A stretch of 56,475 nt of DNA, taken from Burkholderiales bacterium. GTDB lineage: Bacteria > Pseudomonadota > Gammaproteobacteria > Burkholderiales > SG8-39. The stretch is taken from assembly GCA_036524215.1 (NCBI GenBank), contig DATDCR010000295.1, forward strand, positions 1 to 56,475. The letters are read 5' to 3'. A program made the position numbers and the translations under genes. Shown one piece after another: positions 40,233-52,383 of this stretch. A model generated the notes under the pieces. The model was not told where the DNA came from, made no database searches, and saw only the letters and a program-made list of their open reading frames with translations. Every line of letters begins with the position of its first letter. Position 1 is the stretch's first letter.

Positions 40233-41780
40233 ATGCAACTCAATCCTTCGGAGATCTCCGAGCTCATCAAGAGCCGCATCCAGAACCTGGATGCCGGCGC
40301 GGAGATGCGTACCCAGGGCACGGTGGTGTCCGTCACGGATGGCATCTGCCGCATCCACGGCTTGTCCGACGTGATGCAGGGCGAGATGCTCGAATTCCCG
40401 AAGAACACGTTCGGCCTGGCGCTGAACCTCGAGCGCGACTCCGTCGGCGCCGTGATTCTCGGCGAGTACACGCACATCACCGAAGGCGACACGGTCAAGA
40501 CGACGGGCAAGATCCTTTCGGTGCCCATCGGTCCCGAGCTCCTCGGGCGCGTGGTCAACTCGCTCGGCCAGCCCATCGACGGCAAGGGCCCGGTCAACGC
40601 CAAGCTCAGCGACGTGATCGAGAAGGTCGCGCCGGGCGTGATCGCGCGCCAGTCGGTGTCGCAGCCGGTGCAGACCGGCCTGAAGGCGATCGACGCGATG
40701 GTGCCGATTGGCCGCGGCCAGCGCGAGCTCATCATCGGCGACCGCCAGACCGGCAAGACCGCGGTCGCCGTCGACACGATCATCAACCAGAAGGGCAAGG
40801 ATCTCTTCTGCGTTTACGTCGCCATCGGCCAGAAGGCTTCCACCATCGCCAACGTCGTGCGCAAGCTCGAGGAGCACGGCGCGATGGCGTACACCATCGT
40901 GGTGGCAGCCTCCGCCTCCGAGTCGGCGGCCATGCAGTACATCGCGCCTTACTCCGGCTGCACGATGGGCGAATACTTCCGCGACCGCGGGCAGGACGCG
41001 CTGATCATCTATGACGACCTGACGAAGCAGGCGTGGGCATACCGCCAGGTCTCGCTGCTGCTGCGCCGCCCGCCCGGGCGTGAAGCCTATCCCGGCGACG
41101 TGTTCTATCTGCACTCGCGCCTTCTGGAGCGCGCCGCGCGCGTCAACCCGCAATATGTCGAGAAATTCACCAAGGGCGCTGTCAAAGGAAAGACTGGGTC
41201 CCTCACGGCGCTGCCGATCATCGAAACGCAGGCCGGCGACGTCACCGCGTTCGTGCCGACGAACGTGATCTCGATTACCGACGGGCAGATCTTCCTCGAG
41301 ACCGACCTGTTCAACGCCGGCATCCGCCCGGCAATCAACGCCGGTATCTCGGTGTCGCGGGTCGGCGGCGCAGCCCAGACAAAAGTGATGAAGCGCCGCG
41401 ATACCGGCGGCGGCGTGCGCCTCTCGCTTGCCCAGTACCGAGAGCTCGCCGCCTTCGCGCAGTTCGCGAGCGATCTCGACGAAGCGACCCGCAAGCAGCT
41501 CGAGCGCGGCCGCATGGTGACGGAGCTGATGAAGCAGCCGCAGTACCAGCCGCTGCAGGTGTGGGAGATGGCGCTCACCCTGTTCGCGGTGAACAACGGC
41601 TACTTCGACGACATCGACGTGAAGAAGGCGCTGGCCGCGGAGAAGTCGATGCGCGATTACCTGAAGACCAAGTTCGCCGCGCTGATCGGCCGCATGGAGG
41701 AAAAGAAGGATCTCTCCGCCGACGATGAAAAGGCGCTGAACGACGCGATCAAGGACTGGAAGAAGAACGGCAGCTTCTAG
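40233..41780 (+). CDS. atpA: F0F1 ATP synthase subunit alpha
   Basis: 515-aa ORF with Walker [16 protein letters not shown]. Confidence 0.96.
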   Translation: MQLNPSEISELIKSRIQNLDAGAEMRTQGTVVSVTDGICRIHGLSDVMQGEMLEFPKNTFGLALNLERDSVGAVILGEYTHITEGDTVKTTGKILSVPIGPELLGRVVNSLGQPIDGKGPVNAKLSDVIEKVAPGVIARQSVSQPVQTGLKAIDAMVPIGRGQRELIIGDRQTGKTAVAVDTIINQKGKDLFCVYVAIGQKASTIANVVRKLEEHGAMAYTIVVAASASESAAMQYIAPYSGCTMGEYFRDRGQDALIIYDDLTKQAWAYRQVSLLLRRPPGREAYPGDVFYLHSRLLERAARVNPQYVEKFTKGAVKGKTGSLTALPIIETQAGDVTAFVPTNVISITDGQIFLETDLFNAGIRPAINAGISVSRVGGAAQTKVMKRRDTGGGVRLSLAQYRELAAFAQFASDLDEATRKQLERGRMVTELMKQPQYQPLQVWEMALTLFAVNNGYFDDIDVKKALAAEKSMRDYLKTKFAALIGRMEEKKDLSADDEKALNDAIKDWKKNGSF

Positions 41781-41792
41781 GACCGCACCTCC

Positions 41793-44103
<2,311 letters not shown>

Positions 44104-44104
<1 letters not shown>

Positions 44105-44523
44105 TGGCAAATACCATCCACGTCGACGTGGTGAGCGCGGAAGAAGCAATCTTCTCCGGTGAGGCCGAGTTCGTCGTCCTTCCGGGCGAAGCGGGCGAGC
44201 TCGGCATTTACCCGCGGCATACGCCGCTCATCACTCGCATCAAGCCCGGTGCCGTGCGCATCACGCCAGCCGGTGGCGGCGATGAGCAGCTGATCTTCGT
44301 CGCCGGCGGCATCCTCGAAGTGCAGCCCAAGCTGATTACCGTGCTCGCCGATACCGCAATCCGCGGTGCGGACCTCGATGAGGCGAAAGCCACCGAGGCA
44401 CTCCAACGCGCCGAGGAAGCGCGCCGCACGGCGAAGGACAAGCAGGAAATCGCGACCGTCGAAGGCGAGCTCTCCATGCTCGCTGCGCAGCTCGCCGCCA
44501 TCCGCAGGCTGCGGAAAAAGTAA
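44104..44523 (+). CDS. atpC: F0F1 ATP synthase subunit epsilon
   Basis: 139-aa ORF whose ATG shares a base with the atpD TAA. Confidence 0.93.
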
Positions 44524-44695
44524 CACCGCGCGATGCATTGGCGCAGCCGCGTCGCTGCTTTCACGACGCCTGTCGTCGATCGTTCGACTTGAAATTCTCA
44601 CGCTTCGGCGCGAAATAGTCCGGCAAGACCACGGCTGGCCTGCAATGGCTCAGGTCCTGTTTTGGAAGAATGACCCGGCCCAAGCAGGAGAACGC

Positions 44696-44896
44696 ATGAA
44701 ACATATTCTCGATTCCGACTTCCGCTACCGTCCAAGCTTCGACACGGACGTGAAGAAGACATTTGAGAAGATCCGCCGCCAGCAGCAGCAGGCGAAGGAA
44801 CAGCAGGCGAAGGATCGTCAGAGCAAGCCGCACGCCGAGAGCCAGCTGAAGGTCCTCAAGCTGGATCAGCTCAAGAAGGCGAGCACCAACTCGTAG
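44696..44896 (+). CDS. small hypothetical protein (66 aa, Lys/Gln-rich C-terminus)
   Basis: In-frame tail of ORF 44366..44896. ATG 44696 is preceded by caggaga at good spacing. Gives MKHILDSDFRYRPSFDTDVKKTFEKIRRQQQQAKEQQAKDRQSK..., followed by a hairpin. Confidence 0.5.
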   Translation: MKHILDSDFRYRPSFDTDVKKTFEKIRRQQQQAKEQQAKDRQSKPHAESQLKVLKLDQLKKASTNS

Positions 44897-44902
44897 TACC
44901 GG

Positions 44903-44927
44903 GCCGATCGCGCTTGGCGCGATCGGC
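44903..44927 (+). terminator. terminator-like hairpin after the atp operon and small ORF
   Basis: Perfect 11-bp arms gccgatcgcgc / gcgcgatcggc around ttg. The T-tract is weak (tatagt). Confidence 0.45.
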
Positions 44928-44942
44928 TATAGTCCCCGGCGG

Positions 44943-46391
44943 GTGACTTACGATCTGCTGGTCATCGGCGGGGGCATCAACGGCACCGGCATCGCGCGCG
45001 ATGCCGCGGGCCGCGGCCTTTCCACGGTACTCGTAGAGCGCAGCGATCTCGCGAGCGCTACCTCCTCCGCATCCTCCAAGCTGGTGCACGGAGGCCTGCG
45101 CTACCTAGAGCAGTACGAATTCAGGCTGGTCGCCGAGGCGCTCGCCGAGCGCGAAATCCTCTTGCGGATCGCCGGGCACCTGGCATGGCCGGTGCGCTTC
45201 GTCATGCCGCATGTGCCGGAGCTGCGACCGCGCTGGATGATCCGGCTCGGCCTGTTCCTGTACGACCATCTCGCCCGTCGCTCCCTGTTGCCGGCGTCAC
45301 AGTCCGTACGGCTCGATGTCCCGCCTTATTCCTCCGCTCTCCAGGCCCGTCTGAAACACGGCTTCATCTATTCCGATTGCCGGGTCGATGACGCGCGGCT
45401 TGTCCTCGCCAATGCCATTGATGCCAGCCGGCGCGGTGCGCGCATCCTCGTGCGCACCGAATGCGTGGCCGCGCGCCGGCACGGGGCGCTGTGGCGGGCG
45501 AGCCTCTCCAGCGGCGAAGAGATCACGGCGCGTGCCGTAGTCAATGCCGCAGGTCCTTGGGTGAAGCAGGTGCTGAACGAGCGCTTGGCGCAACCGAGCC
45601 GAGATGGGGTCAGGCTCGTCAAAGGCAGCCACATCGTTCTGCCAAAGCTTTATGAAGGCGGGCATGCGTTTATCCTGCAGAACACCGACCGGCGCGTTGT
45701 CTTCATGATTCCGTTCGAGGATCAATTCACGCTGGTCGGGACGACCGATGTATCGGTCACCGAGGCGGACGGCGTGCAGGCAAGCGAAGATGAAGTGAAG
45801 TACCTCTGCACGGCGGTCAGCCGCTATCTCAACCGCCGGGTCGATCCAGCGGAGGTGTGCTGGCGCTTCGCCGGCGTTCGCCCGCTCTACGACGATGGCG
45901 TTTCAGATCCTTCCGCCGTCACGCGCGACTACACGCTGCGGGTCGACGATGTGGGGGGCGCGGCGCCGGTGGTTTCGGTCTTCGGCGGCAAGATCACCAC
46001 GTATCGGCGCCTTGCCGAGCAGGTGCTCGCCAAGCTCGCGCCTTATTTCCCGGCCCTGAAGGCGCCGTGGACCGACACGGCAGCTCTCCCCGGCAGCGGG
46101 TTCACGAATCGCGCGGCGGCACGCGATGCGCTGCTCGAACGCTATCGCGGTGTGCCGGAGCCGATCGTGCGAGGGATCTTCCGGCGGCACGGCTCGGAAG
46201 CCGAGGCCGTCCTCGGGGACGGCAGGCTGGGCGAAGACTTCGGCGGCGGCCTCACCGAGCGGGAAGTGCGCTACTTCGTGGAGCACGAATGGGCAGGGTG
46301 CGCGGCGGACGTGCTTTGGCGCCGCAGCAAGTGCGGGCTGCGCATGACCGAACCCCAGCGGCGGCGGGTCGAGCAGGTGATCGGCCGGTGA
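44943..46391 (+). CDS. glpD: FAD-dependent glycerol-3-phosphate dehydrogenase
   Basis: 482-aa ORF with a GTG start. The N-terminus DLLVIGGGINGTGIARDAAGRGLS...ATSSASSKLVHGGLRYLEQYEFRLV is nearly identical in pattern to enterobacterial GlpD. Confidence 0.92.
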   Translation: MTYDLLVIGGGINGTGIARDAAGRGLSTVLVERSDLASATSSASSKLVHGGLRYLEQYEFRLVAEALAEREILLRIAGHLAWPVRFVMPHVPELRPRWMIRLGLFLYDHLARRSLLPASQSVRLDVPPYSSALQARLKHGFIYSDCRVDDARLVLANAIDASRRGARILVRTECVAARRHGALWRASLSSGEEITARAVVNAAGPWVKQVLNERLAQPSRDGVRLVKGSHIVLPKLYEGGHAFILQNTDRRVVFMIPFEDQFTLVGTTDVSVTEADGVQASEDEVKYLCTAVSRYLNRRVDPAEVCWRFAGVRPLYDDGVSDPSAVTRDYTLRVDDVGGAAPVVSVFGGKITTYRRLAEQVLAKLAPYFPALKAPWTDTAALPGSGFTNRAAARDALLERYRGVPEPIVRGIFRRHGSEAEAVLGDGRLGEDFGGGLTEREVRYFVEHEWAGCAADVLWRRSKCGLRMTEPQRRRVEQVIGR

Positions 46392-47164
46392 AGCCGCTGC
46401 GCGAGCTCGACGCACGCGCCGTATCAGCGATCCTTTTCGATCTGGACGACACATTGACGACGGCAGGCAGGCTCACGGCCGAAGCCTACGCGGCCCTGGA
46501 ATCGCTCGCCGCAGCCGGCAAGCGCGCCGTTGCAGTGACAGGCCGGCCGGCCGGATGGTGTGACCACATTGCGCGTATGTGGCCCGTCGATGCCGTGGTC
46601 GGCGAGAACGGTGCGTTCTTCTTCCGCTTTGCCGGCGGCCGCATGCAGCGTCGCTATCGCGACGGGCCCGAGGTGCGCTCGCGTAACCGCGCCCGGTTCG
46701 ACGATATTGGGCGAAAGATTCTCGCCGCCGTGCCGGGCTGCGCCATCGCCGCTGACCAACCGTATCGCGAGACCGACCTGGCGATCGACTACTGCGAGGA
46801 CGTACCCGCGCTTCCCGTCGAAGCCGCGGAGCGAATCGCCGCGATGATGCGCGCGGCGGGTATGCACGCGAAGGTGAGCTCGATCCACGTCAACGGCTGG
46901 TTCGGCGACTATGACAAGCTGGCCATGACGCGCGAGCTCTTTGGTGACGTGTTCAGCATCGGCGCCGATCGCCTGCAGCGCGAAGTGGTGTATGTCGGCG
47001 ATTCGCCGAATGACGCACCGATGTTCGCCTTTTTCGCCAAGTCGGTGGGCGTTGCGAACGTACGCCGTTTCGAGCCTTTACTGGAGGCGCCACCGAAGTA
47101 CATCGCGACGCGCGAAGCGGGCGCGGGCTTCACGGAAGTCGTCGCGCATCTCCTGCGCGCCTGA
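46388..47164 (+). CDS. HAD-superfamily (IIB-like) hydrolase
   Basis: In-frame tail of ORF 45857..47164. GTG 46388 overlaps the glpD TGA. HAD motif I is FDLDDTLT and motif IV is YVGDSPNDAPMF. Confidence 0.8.
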   Translation: MKPLRELDARAVSAILFDLDDTLTTAGRLTAEAYAALESLAAAGKRAVAVTGRPAGWCDHIARMWPVDAVVGENGAFFFRFAGGRMQRRYRDGPEVRSRNRARFDDIGRKILAAVPGCAIAADQPYRETDLAIDYCEDVPALPVEAAERIAAMMRAAGMHAKVSSIHVNGWFGDYDKLAMTRELFGDVFSIGADRLQREVVYVGDSPNDAPMFAFFAKSVGVANVRRFEPLLEAPPKYIATREAGAGFTEVVAHLLRA

Positions 47165-47955
47165 TGGAATGGCTTGCCTACTTGGGCATTGGTGGCCTGG
47201 TGGGATTCGCGGCCGGGCTGCTCGGAATCGGTGGCGGCGTGGTGATGGTGCCGCTCCTTGTCCTGGTCTTCCGCGCCCAGGCGCTGCCGCCGGAGCACGT
47301 ACTGCACCTCGCGCTCGGCACCGCGCTTGCCGCCATGCTGTTTACCTCGCTTTCGAGCATGCGGGCGCACCATGCGCACGGCGGCGTCGATTGGAAGATC
47401 GCACGCGCGATGTCGCCCGGGATGCTCACCGGGTCTTTCATTGCGGCATTGATTGCGGGGTTGATACCGACGCGCCCGCTCGCTGCGCTGTTCACGGCGC
47501 TGGTTTTCTACGCCGCCACGCAGATCTTGCTTGACCTCAAGCCGTCGAGGACCCGCGAGCTGCCCGGGCCGCTGGGCATCTTCACGGCCGGGGCGATGAT
47601 CGGCGCCGTCTCGAGCATGCTCGCCGCAGGCGGGGCGTTCCTGAGCATCCCTTTCCTCGCCTGGTGCAAAGTCCCGCTTCGCCGCGCGATAGGAACCGCG
47701 GCGGCGAACGGATTCCCCATCGCCGTCGCCGGGACGGTCGGCTACGTCATCCAGGGCATGCGGGCGGACGGATTGCCCCGGCCGACGCTCGGTTACCTCT
47801 ATCTTCCGGCGCTGGCGCTGGTCGTGACCACCAGCATCCTCGCCGCTCCGCTCGGCGCTCGCCTTACCCACCGCTGGCCGGTCAAGCGGCTGCGGACCGT
47901 GTTCGCCTTCCTGCTCTACGTGTTCGCGGTGCGCATGCTCATCGGACTGTGGTGA
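47164..47955 (+). CDS. TauE/SafE (DUF81) family anion exporter membrane protein
   Basis: 263-aa hydrophobic ORF whose ATG overlaps the HAD TGA. Repeated GxGGG-type motif (GLLGIGGGVVMVPLL). Confidence 0.85.
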   Translation: MEWLAYLGIGGLVGFAAGLLGIGGGVVMVPLLVLVFRAQALPPEHVLHLALGTALAAMLFTSLSSMRAHHAHGGVDWKIARAMSPGMLTGSFIAALIAGLIPTRPLAALFTALVFYAATQILLDLKPSRTRELPGPLGIFTAGAMIGAVSSMLAAGGAFLSIPFLAWCKVPLRRAIGTAAANGFPIAVAGTVGYVIQGMRADGLPRPTLGYLYLPALALVVTTSILAAPLGARLTHRWPVKRLRTVFAFLLYVFAVRMLIGLW

Positions 47956-48240
47956 TCACAGCTCGTAATCGGCGATCCAGTGATCGGCGATCAGGGGATC
48001 CACGATGGCACGCGTTTCCAGATGGGCGGGATGGCGGTGATAGGCCTCCAGCGCGGCCCGGCTCTCGAAATCGCACGTAACTGCGAAGTCCACGCCCCGG
48101 CGGCCGCTGTAGAAGCTTTTGCGCACCTCGGCGCGCAGCAATCCCGGAATCCGCCCCACTTGCGCCTCCAGCGCTTTGCGGATCGCATCGAACTCAGCAT
48201 CGGGGGATTTCAAGCGCCAGAGCACGATATGCCGGATCAT
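47956..48240 (-). CDS. Dabb (stress-responsive alpha+beta barrel) domain protein
   Basis: 94-aa ORF. MIRHIVLWRLK...AYHRHPAHL is typical of the Dabb family. Confidence 0.8.
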   Translation of the reverse strand: MIRHIVLWRLKSPDAEFDAIRKALEAQVGRIPGLLRAEVRKSFYSGRRGVDFAVTCDFESRAALEAYHRHPAHLETRAIVDPLIADHWIADYEL

Positions 48241-48279
48241 CGGCGTTAAACTGCGGCCTTTTCAGCGGAAGCGCAACAG

Positions 48280-49503
48280 GTGGCAGGTCCCCTTTCGCAT
48301 GTCAGGGTGCTCGACCTTTCGCGAGTGCTCGCCGGGCCATGGGCGAGCCAGAACTTGGCCGACCTCGGCGCCGAAATCATCAAGATCGAGCGTCCCGGCA
48401 GCGGCGACGATTCGCGGGCCTTCGGGCCGCCCTGGGTCAAGGACGGCCAAGGAAAGGAGACGCGGGACTCGGCCTACTTCACGTCGGCGAACCGCGGCAA
48501 GAAGTCGCTGACGCTGAATATCGCGGCGCCGGAGGGTCAGGCGCTCGCGCGCGAGCTCGCCGCGAAATGCGATGTACTGATCGAGAACTACAAGTACGGC
48601 GACCTCGCGCGCTACGGCCTTGGCTACGACGATCTGCGACAGGCCAACCCGCGGCTCATCTACTGCTCCGTGACGGGATTCGGGCAGAGCGGGCCTTATC
48701 GCGACCGGCCCGGATATGACTTCATGATCCAAGGCATGGGCGGGATGATGAGCGTGACGGGGGAGCCCGATGAGGCGCCGGGCGGCGGTCCGCAGCGCGC
48801 CGGCGTCCCGATCGCGGACATCATCACCGGCATGTACGCCTCCATCGCGATCTGCGCCGCGCTTGCGCATCGCGCCGAATCCGGCCGCGGGCAGCATCTC
48901 GACCTCGCGCTTCTCGATTCACAGATCGCGCTGCTCGCCTACCAAAACACCAATTACTTCGCGACGGGCAAGCCGCCCAAGCGCATCGGCAACCTCCATC
49001 CGAACATCGTGCCGTATCAGCCATTTCGCACGCGCGATGGCAGCGTCATCCTCGCCTGCGGCAACGACAATCTGTTCCGCAAATTTTGCGAAGCCGCAGG
49101 CTGTGCGCAGCTCGCGGGCGACGCGCGGTTCGCCACCAACGGCAAACGCGTGGAGAACCGCGGCGAGCTGACAAGGCTGCTGAGCGAGATCTTCTCCAAG
49201 CGCACGACCGCCGAGTGGGTGGAGCTCCTGGAGAAGGCAGGCGTGCCGAACGGACCGATCAACGACATTGCGCAGGTCTACGCGGAGCCCCAGGTGAAAG
49301 CGCGCGGCATCCGCATCGAGCTGCCGCACGCCGCCGGGGCCATGCTGCCCCTGGTCGCGAGCCCGATGCGCTTTTCCGGCACCCCGATCGAATACCGGAC
49401 GGCGCCGCCGCTGCTCGGGCAGCACAGCGACGAAGTATTGCGCGATCTCCTCGGCAAGAGCGCCGGCGAAATCGCCCGGCTACGGTCGGCGGGAGTGATT
49501 TAG
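48280..49503 (+). CDS. family III CoA-transferase (CaiB/BaiF family)
   Basis: 407-aa ORF with a GTG start. N-terminal signature RVLDLSRVLAGPWASQNLADLGAEIIKIERPGSGDDSR. Confidence 0.88.
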   Translation: MAGPLSHVRVLDLSRVLAGPWASQNLADLGAEIIKIERPGSGDDSRAFGPPWVKDGQGKETRDSAYFTSANRGKKSLTLNIAAPEGQALARELAAKCDVLIENYKYGDLARYGLGYDDLRQANPRLIYCSVTGFGQSGPYRDRPGYDFMIQGMGGMMSVTGEPDEAPGGGPQRAGVPIADIITGMYASIAICAALAHRAESGRGQHLDLALLDSQIALLAYQNTNYFATGKPPKRIGNLHPNIVPYQPFRTRDGSVILACGNDNLFRKFCEAAGCAQLAGDARFATNGKRVENRGELTRLLSEIFSKRTTAEWVELLEKAGVPNGPINDIAQVYAEPQVKARGIRIELPHAAGAMLPLVASPMRFSGTPIEYRTAPPLLGQHSDEVLRDLLGKSAGEIARLRSAGVI

Positions 49504-49551
49504 CTTAGGATGGCGCCCGAGAGCGCCCAGACAAACGAGAGGAGGATCCCG

Positions 49552-50547
49552 ATGGTGCACATGAAGAAGGTCATCGCCGCCACCGTTGCCGGCCTGATCA
49601 GCTCGAGCGTCTTTGCAGCACCCACCACACTGCGCGCCTCGCACCAGTTTCCCGGCGGGCGCGGCGACGTGCGCGACGAGATGGTGCAGATCGTGGCGCG
49701 CGAGGCGAAGGCCGCCAACGTCGACCTCGAGATCCAGGTCTATCCCGGCGCCTCGCTCTTCAAGCCGAACGAGCAGTGGAACGCGCTCGTGAACGGCCAG
49801 CTCGACATCTCGTCCTTTCCGCTCGACTACGCGAGCGGCAAGGTACGCGCCTTCGGCGCGACGCTGATGCCCGGCCTGGTGCGCAGCCACGAGCGCGCGC
49901 AGCGGATGAACGACTCGCCGTTCATGAAGGACATCAAGGCGCAGATCGACAAGGCCGGTGTGGTCGTGCTCGCGGACGCGTGGCTCGCGGGGGCGATGGC
50001 GTCCAAGCGCAGCTGCATCCGCAAGCCGGAGGACGTGAAGGGCCTCAAGTTTCGCTCTGCCGGCCCGACCTTCGCCGCCATGTGGCAGTCCGCGGGCGCA
50101 ACGATCGTGTCGGTGCCGAGCAACGAGGTCTACAACGCCCTGCAAACCGGCGTCGCAGAGGGAACCGACACCAGTTCGGGCAGTTTCGTTTCGTTTCGCA
50201 TCTACGAGCAGGTCAAATGCCTGACCGCGCCGGGCGACAACGCGCTGTGGTTCATGTACGAGCCGGTCCTGATGTCGAAGAAGAGCTTCAACCGCCTGAA
50301 CAAGAAGCAGCAGGACGTCCTCATGCAGGCCGGCAAGAAGTCGCAGCAGTTCTTCGCCGACAAAGCGAAGGGGCTCGACGACGAGATGGTGAAGGTTTTC
50401 AAGGACCACAAGGTCGAGGTGATCACCCTGACGCCGCAGGAATACGAGCAGTGGGTGAAGGTCGCGGAGAAAAGCTCCTACGCCGAATTTGCCAAGGAAG
50501 TGCCGAACGGCAAGAAGCTGATCGACGAAGCGCTCAGCGTCAAATAA
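49552..50547 (+). CDS. TRAP transporter substrate-binding protein (divergent DctP-type)
   Basis: ORF 49510..50547. ATG 49552 follows gaggagga. Signal peptide (KKVIAATVAGLISSSVFA) and DctP-like architecture. Confidence 0.82.
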   Translation: MVHMKKVIAATVAGLISSSVFAAPTTLRASHQFPGGRGDVRDEMVQIVAREAKAANVDLEIQVYPGASLFKPNEQWNALVNGQLDISSFPLDYASGKVRAFGATLMPGLVRSHERAQRMNDSPFMKDIKAQIDKAGVVVLADAWLAGAMASKRSCIRKPEDVKGLKFRSAGPTFAAMWQSAGATIVSVPSNEVYNALQTGVAEGTDTSSGSFVSFRIYEQVKCLTAPGDNALWFMYEPVLMSKKSFNRLNKKQQDVLMQAGKKSQQFFADKAKGLDDEMVKVFKDHKVEVITLTPQEYEQWVKVAEKSSYAEFAKEVPNGKKLIDEALSVK

Positions 50548-50551
50548 CGCC

Positions 50552-51064
50552 CTGGACGCTTACGTCCGCGTCGTAACACGCCTTTCGCAGCTCTGCGGCA
50601 TCGTCGCTGCAGGGCTGATCGCCGCGGGCGTGCTGATCGTCTGCCAGATGGTGTTCATTCGCTACGTGCTGAATGAGAACACGATCTGGCAGACGGACTT
50701 CGTCACCTGGAGCCTCGTCGCGGCGACGTTTGTCGGCAGCCCGTACGTGCTGCTCACGCGGGGGCATGTCAACGTCGACGTCCTGCCGCAGTACCTCGGC
50801 GAGCGGGCGCGCTGGTGGCTCGCCCTCGCCTCGATCCTCATGTCGCTCGGCTTCTGCATGGTCCTGCTCTATCTGGCCGGCCGCTTCTGGCTCGAGGCAT
50901 GGCAGCAGCGCTGGGTTTCCGACACCATGTGGCGGGCGCGCATGTGGATCCCTTACAGCTCGATGCCGATCGGGCTTTCGATCCTCGCGCTGCAGTTCTT
51001 CGCCGATCTCTACTCGCTGCTGAGCGGCCGCGAGCCGCCTTTCGGCATCCGCCAGGAAGCATGA
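50552..51064 (+). CDS. TRAP transporter small permease (DctQ-type)
   Basis: The ORF track starts at GTG 50630, which would cut through TM1. The frame is open upstream as LDAYVRVVTRLSQLCGIVAAGLIAAG, and only CTG 50552 is start-like. See the finding on this start. Confidence 0.78.
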   Translation: MDAYVRVVTRLSQLCGIVAAGLIAAGVLIVCQMVFIRYVLNENTIWQTDFVTWSLVAATFVGSPYVLLTRGHVNVDVLPQYLGERARWWLALASILMSLGFCMVLLYLAGRFWLEAWQQRWVSDTMWRARMWIPYSSMPIGLSILALQFFADLYSLLSGREPPFGIRQEA

Positions 51065-52383
51065 GCCCGACCACGCAAGGGGCGATCGTCCTCATCGCGA
51101 CCCTCATCATCCTGTTGTCCGGCGCGCCGGTCGCGTTCGGGCTGGGCGCGCTGTCCATCGTCTTCCTCGTGATCTTTCAAGGCTTCGACGCGCTGCAGGT
51201 CGTCGCCGAGACGTTCTGGGCCGGCCTCAACGATTTCACGCTCGTCTCGATCCCGATGTTCGTGATGATGGGTGCGGCGATCGGTTCCTCGCCCGCCGGC
51301 AAGGACCTGTACGAGGCGCTGGACCGCTGGCTCTACCGCGTGCCGGGTGGATTGGTGATTTCGAACCTCGGCGCGTGCTCGATCTTCGCCGCGCTGACGG
51401 GATCCTCGCCGGCCTGCTGCGCCGCGATCGGCAAGATGGGCATCCCGGAGATGCGCCGGCGCGGCTATCCGGACGACATCGCCACGGGCTCGATTTGCGC
51501 CGGCGGCACGCTCGGCATCCTGATTCCGCCGTCGATCACGTTCATCCTTTACGGCATCGCCACCGAGACCTCGATCGGGCGCCTGTTCCTCGCTGGCGTG
51601 CTGCCCGGGCTGATGCTGACCGGCCTATTCATCCTGTGGACCCTGTTCGCGGTGTGGCGCAGCGGTTTCCGGGCGCATGCGGCCGACTTCCGCTACACCT
51701 GGCGGGAGAAGTTTCATTCCGTGCCCAAGATCGCGCCGTTCCTGGCGATTATCGTCGGCGTGATGTACGTGCTCTACGGCGGCGTGGCGACGCCGTCGGA
51801 GGCGGCCGGCGTCGGCGCCGCGCTCTGCGTGGTGCTCGCAGTACTCATCTACCGCATGTGGCAGCCGCGCGAGTGGTGGCAGATCCTGCGCGACACGACG
51901 CGCGAGTCGGTGATGATCCTGATGATCATCGCCGCCGCCGTGCTCTTCGGCTACATGCTGACGTCGCTCTATCTCACCCAGACGCTCGCGCAGGCCATCG
52001 CCGAGATGCACGTGAACCGCTGGGTACTGATGGCGATGATCAACGTCTTCCTGCTCGTGTGCGGCTTTTTCATTCCGCCGGCGGCCATCATCCTGATGAC
52101 GAGCCCGATCCTGCTGCCGATCATCAAGTCGGCGGGCTTCGACCCGGTGTGGTTCGGCGTCATCATGACGATCAACATGGAGATCGGCCTGATCCACCCG
52201 CCGGTCGGTCTCAACATCTACATCGTCAATTCCATCGCCCCGGACGTGCCGCTGATGAAGGTCATCTGGGGAACGATCCCCTACGTGCTGTGCATGTTCC
52301 TCGCCATCGTGATCCTGTGCGTTTTCCCGGAGATCGCGACGTGGCTGCCCGACCAGATGATGGGCGCCGTGCGCACACGCTGA
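51061..52383 (+). CDS. TRAP transporter large permease (DctM-type)
   Basis: In-frame tail of ORF 50815..52383. ATG 51061 overlaps the small-permease TGA (ATGA). About 440 aa and polytopic. Confidence 0.9.
   Translation: MSPTTQGAIVLIATLIILLSGAPVAFGLGALSIVFLVIFQGFDALQVVAETFWAGLNDFTLVSIPMFVMMGAAIGSSPAGKDLYEALDRWLYRVPGGLVISNLGACSIFAALTGSSPACCAAIGKMGIPEMRRRGYPDDIATGSICAGGTLGILIPPSITFILYGIATETSIGRLFLAGVLPGLMLTGLFILWTLFAVWRSGFRAHAADFRYTWREKFHSVPKIAPFLAIIVGVMYVLYGGVATPSEAAGVGAALCVVLAVLIYRMWQPREWWQILRDTTRESVMILMIIAAAVLFGYMLTSLYLTQTLAQAIAEMHVNRWVLMAMINVFLLVCGFFIPPAAIILMTSPILLPIIKSAGFDPVWFGVIMTINMEIGLIHPPVGLNIYIVNSIAPDVPLMKVIWGTIPYVLCMFLAIVILCVFPEIATWLPDQMMGAVRTR

Noticed and set aside
45857-46387. Upstream 177 codons of plus-strand ORF 45857..47164
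   Set aside because: This part overlaps glpD out of frame and is Arg/Gly-rich. The HAD hydrolase homology begins only at GTG 46388, which overlaps the glpD stop.
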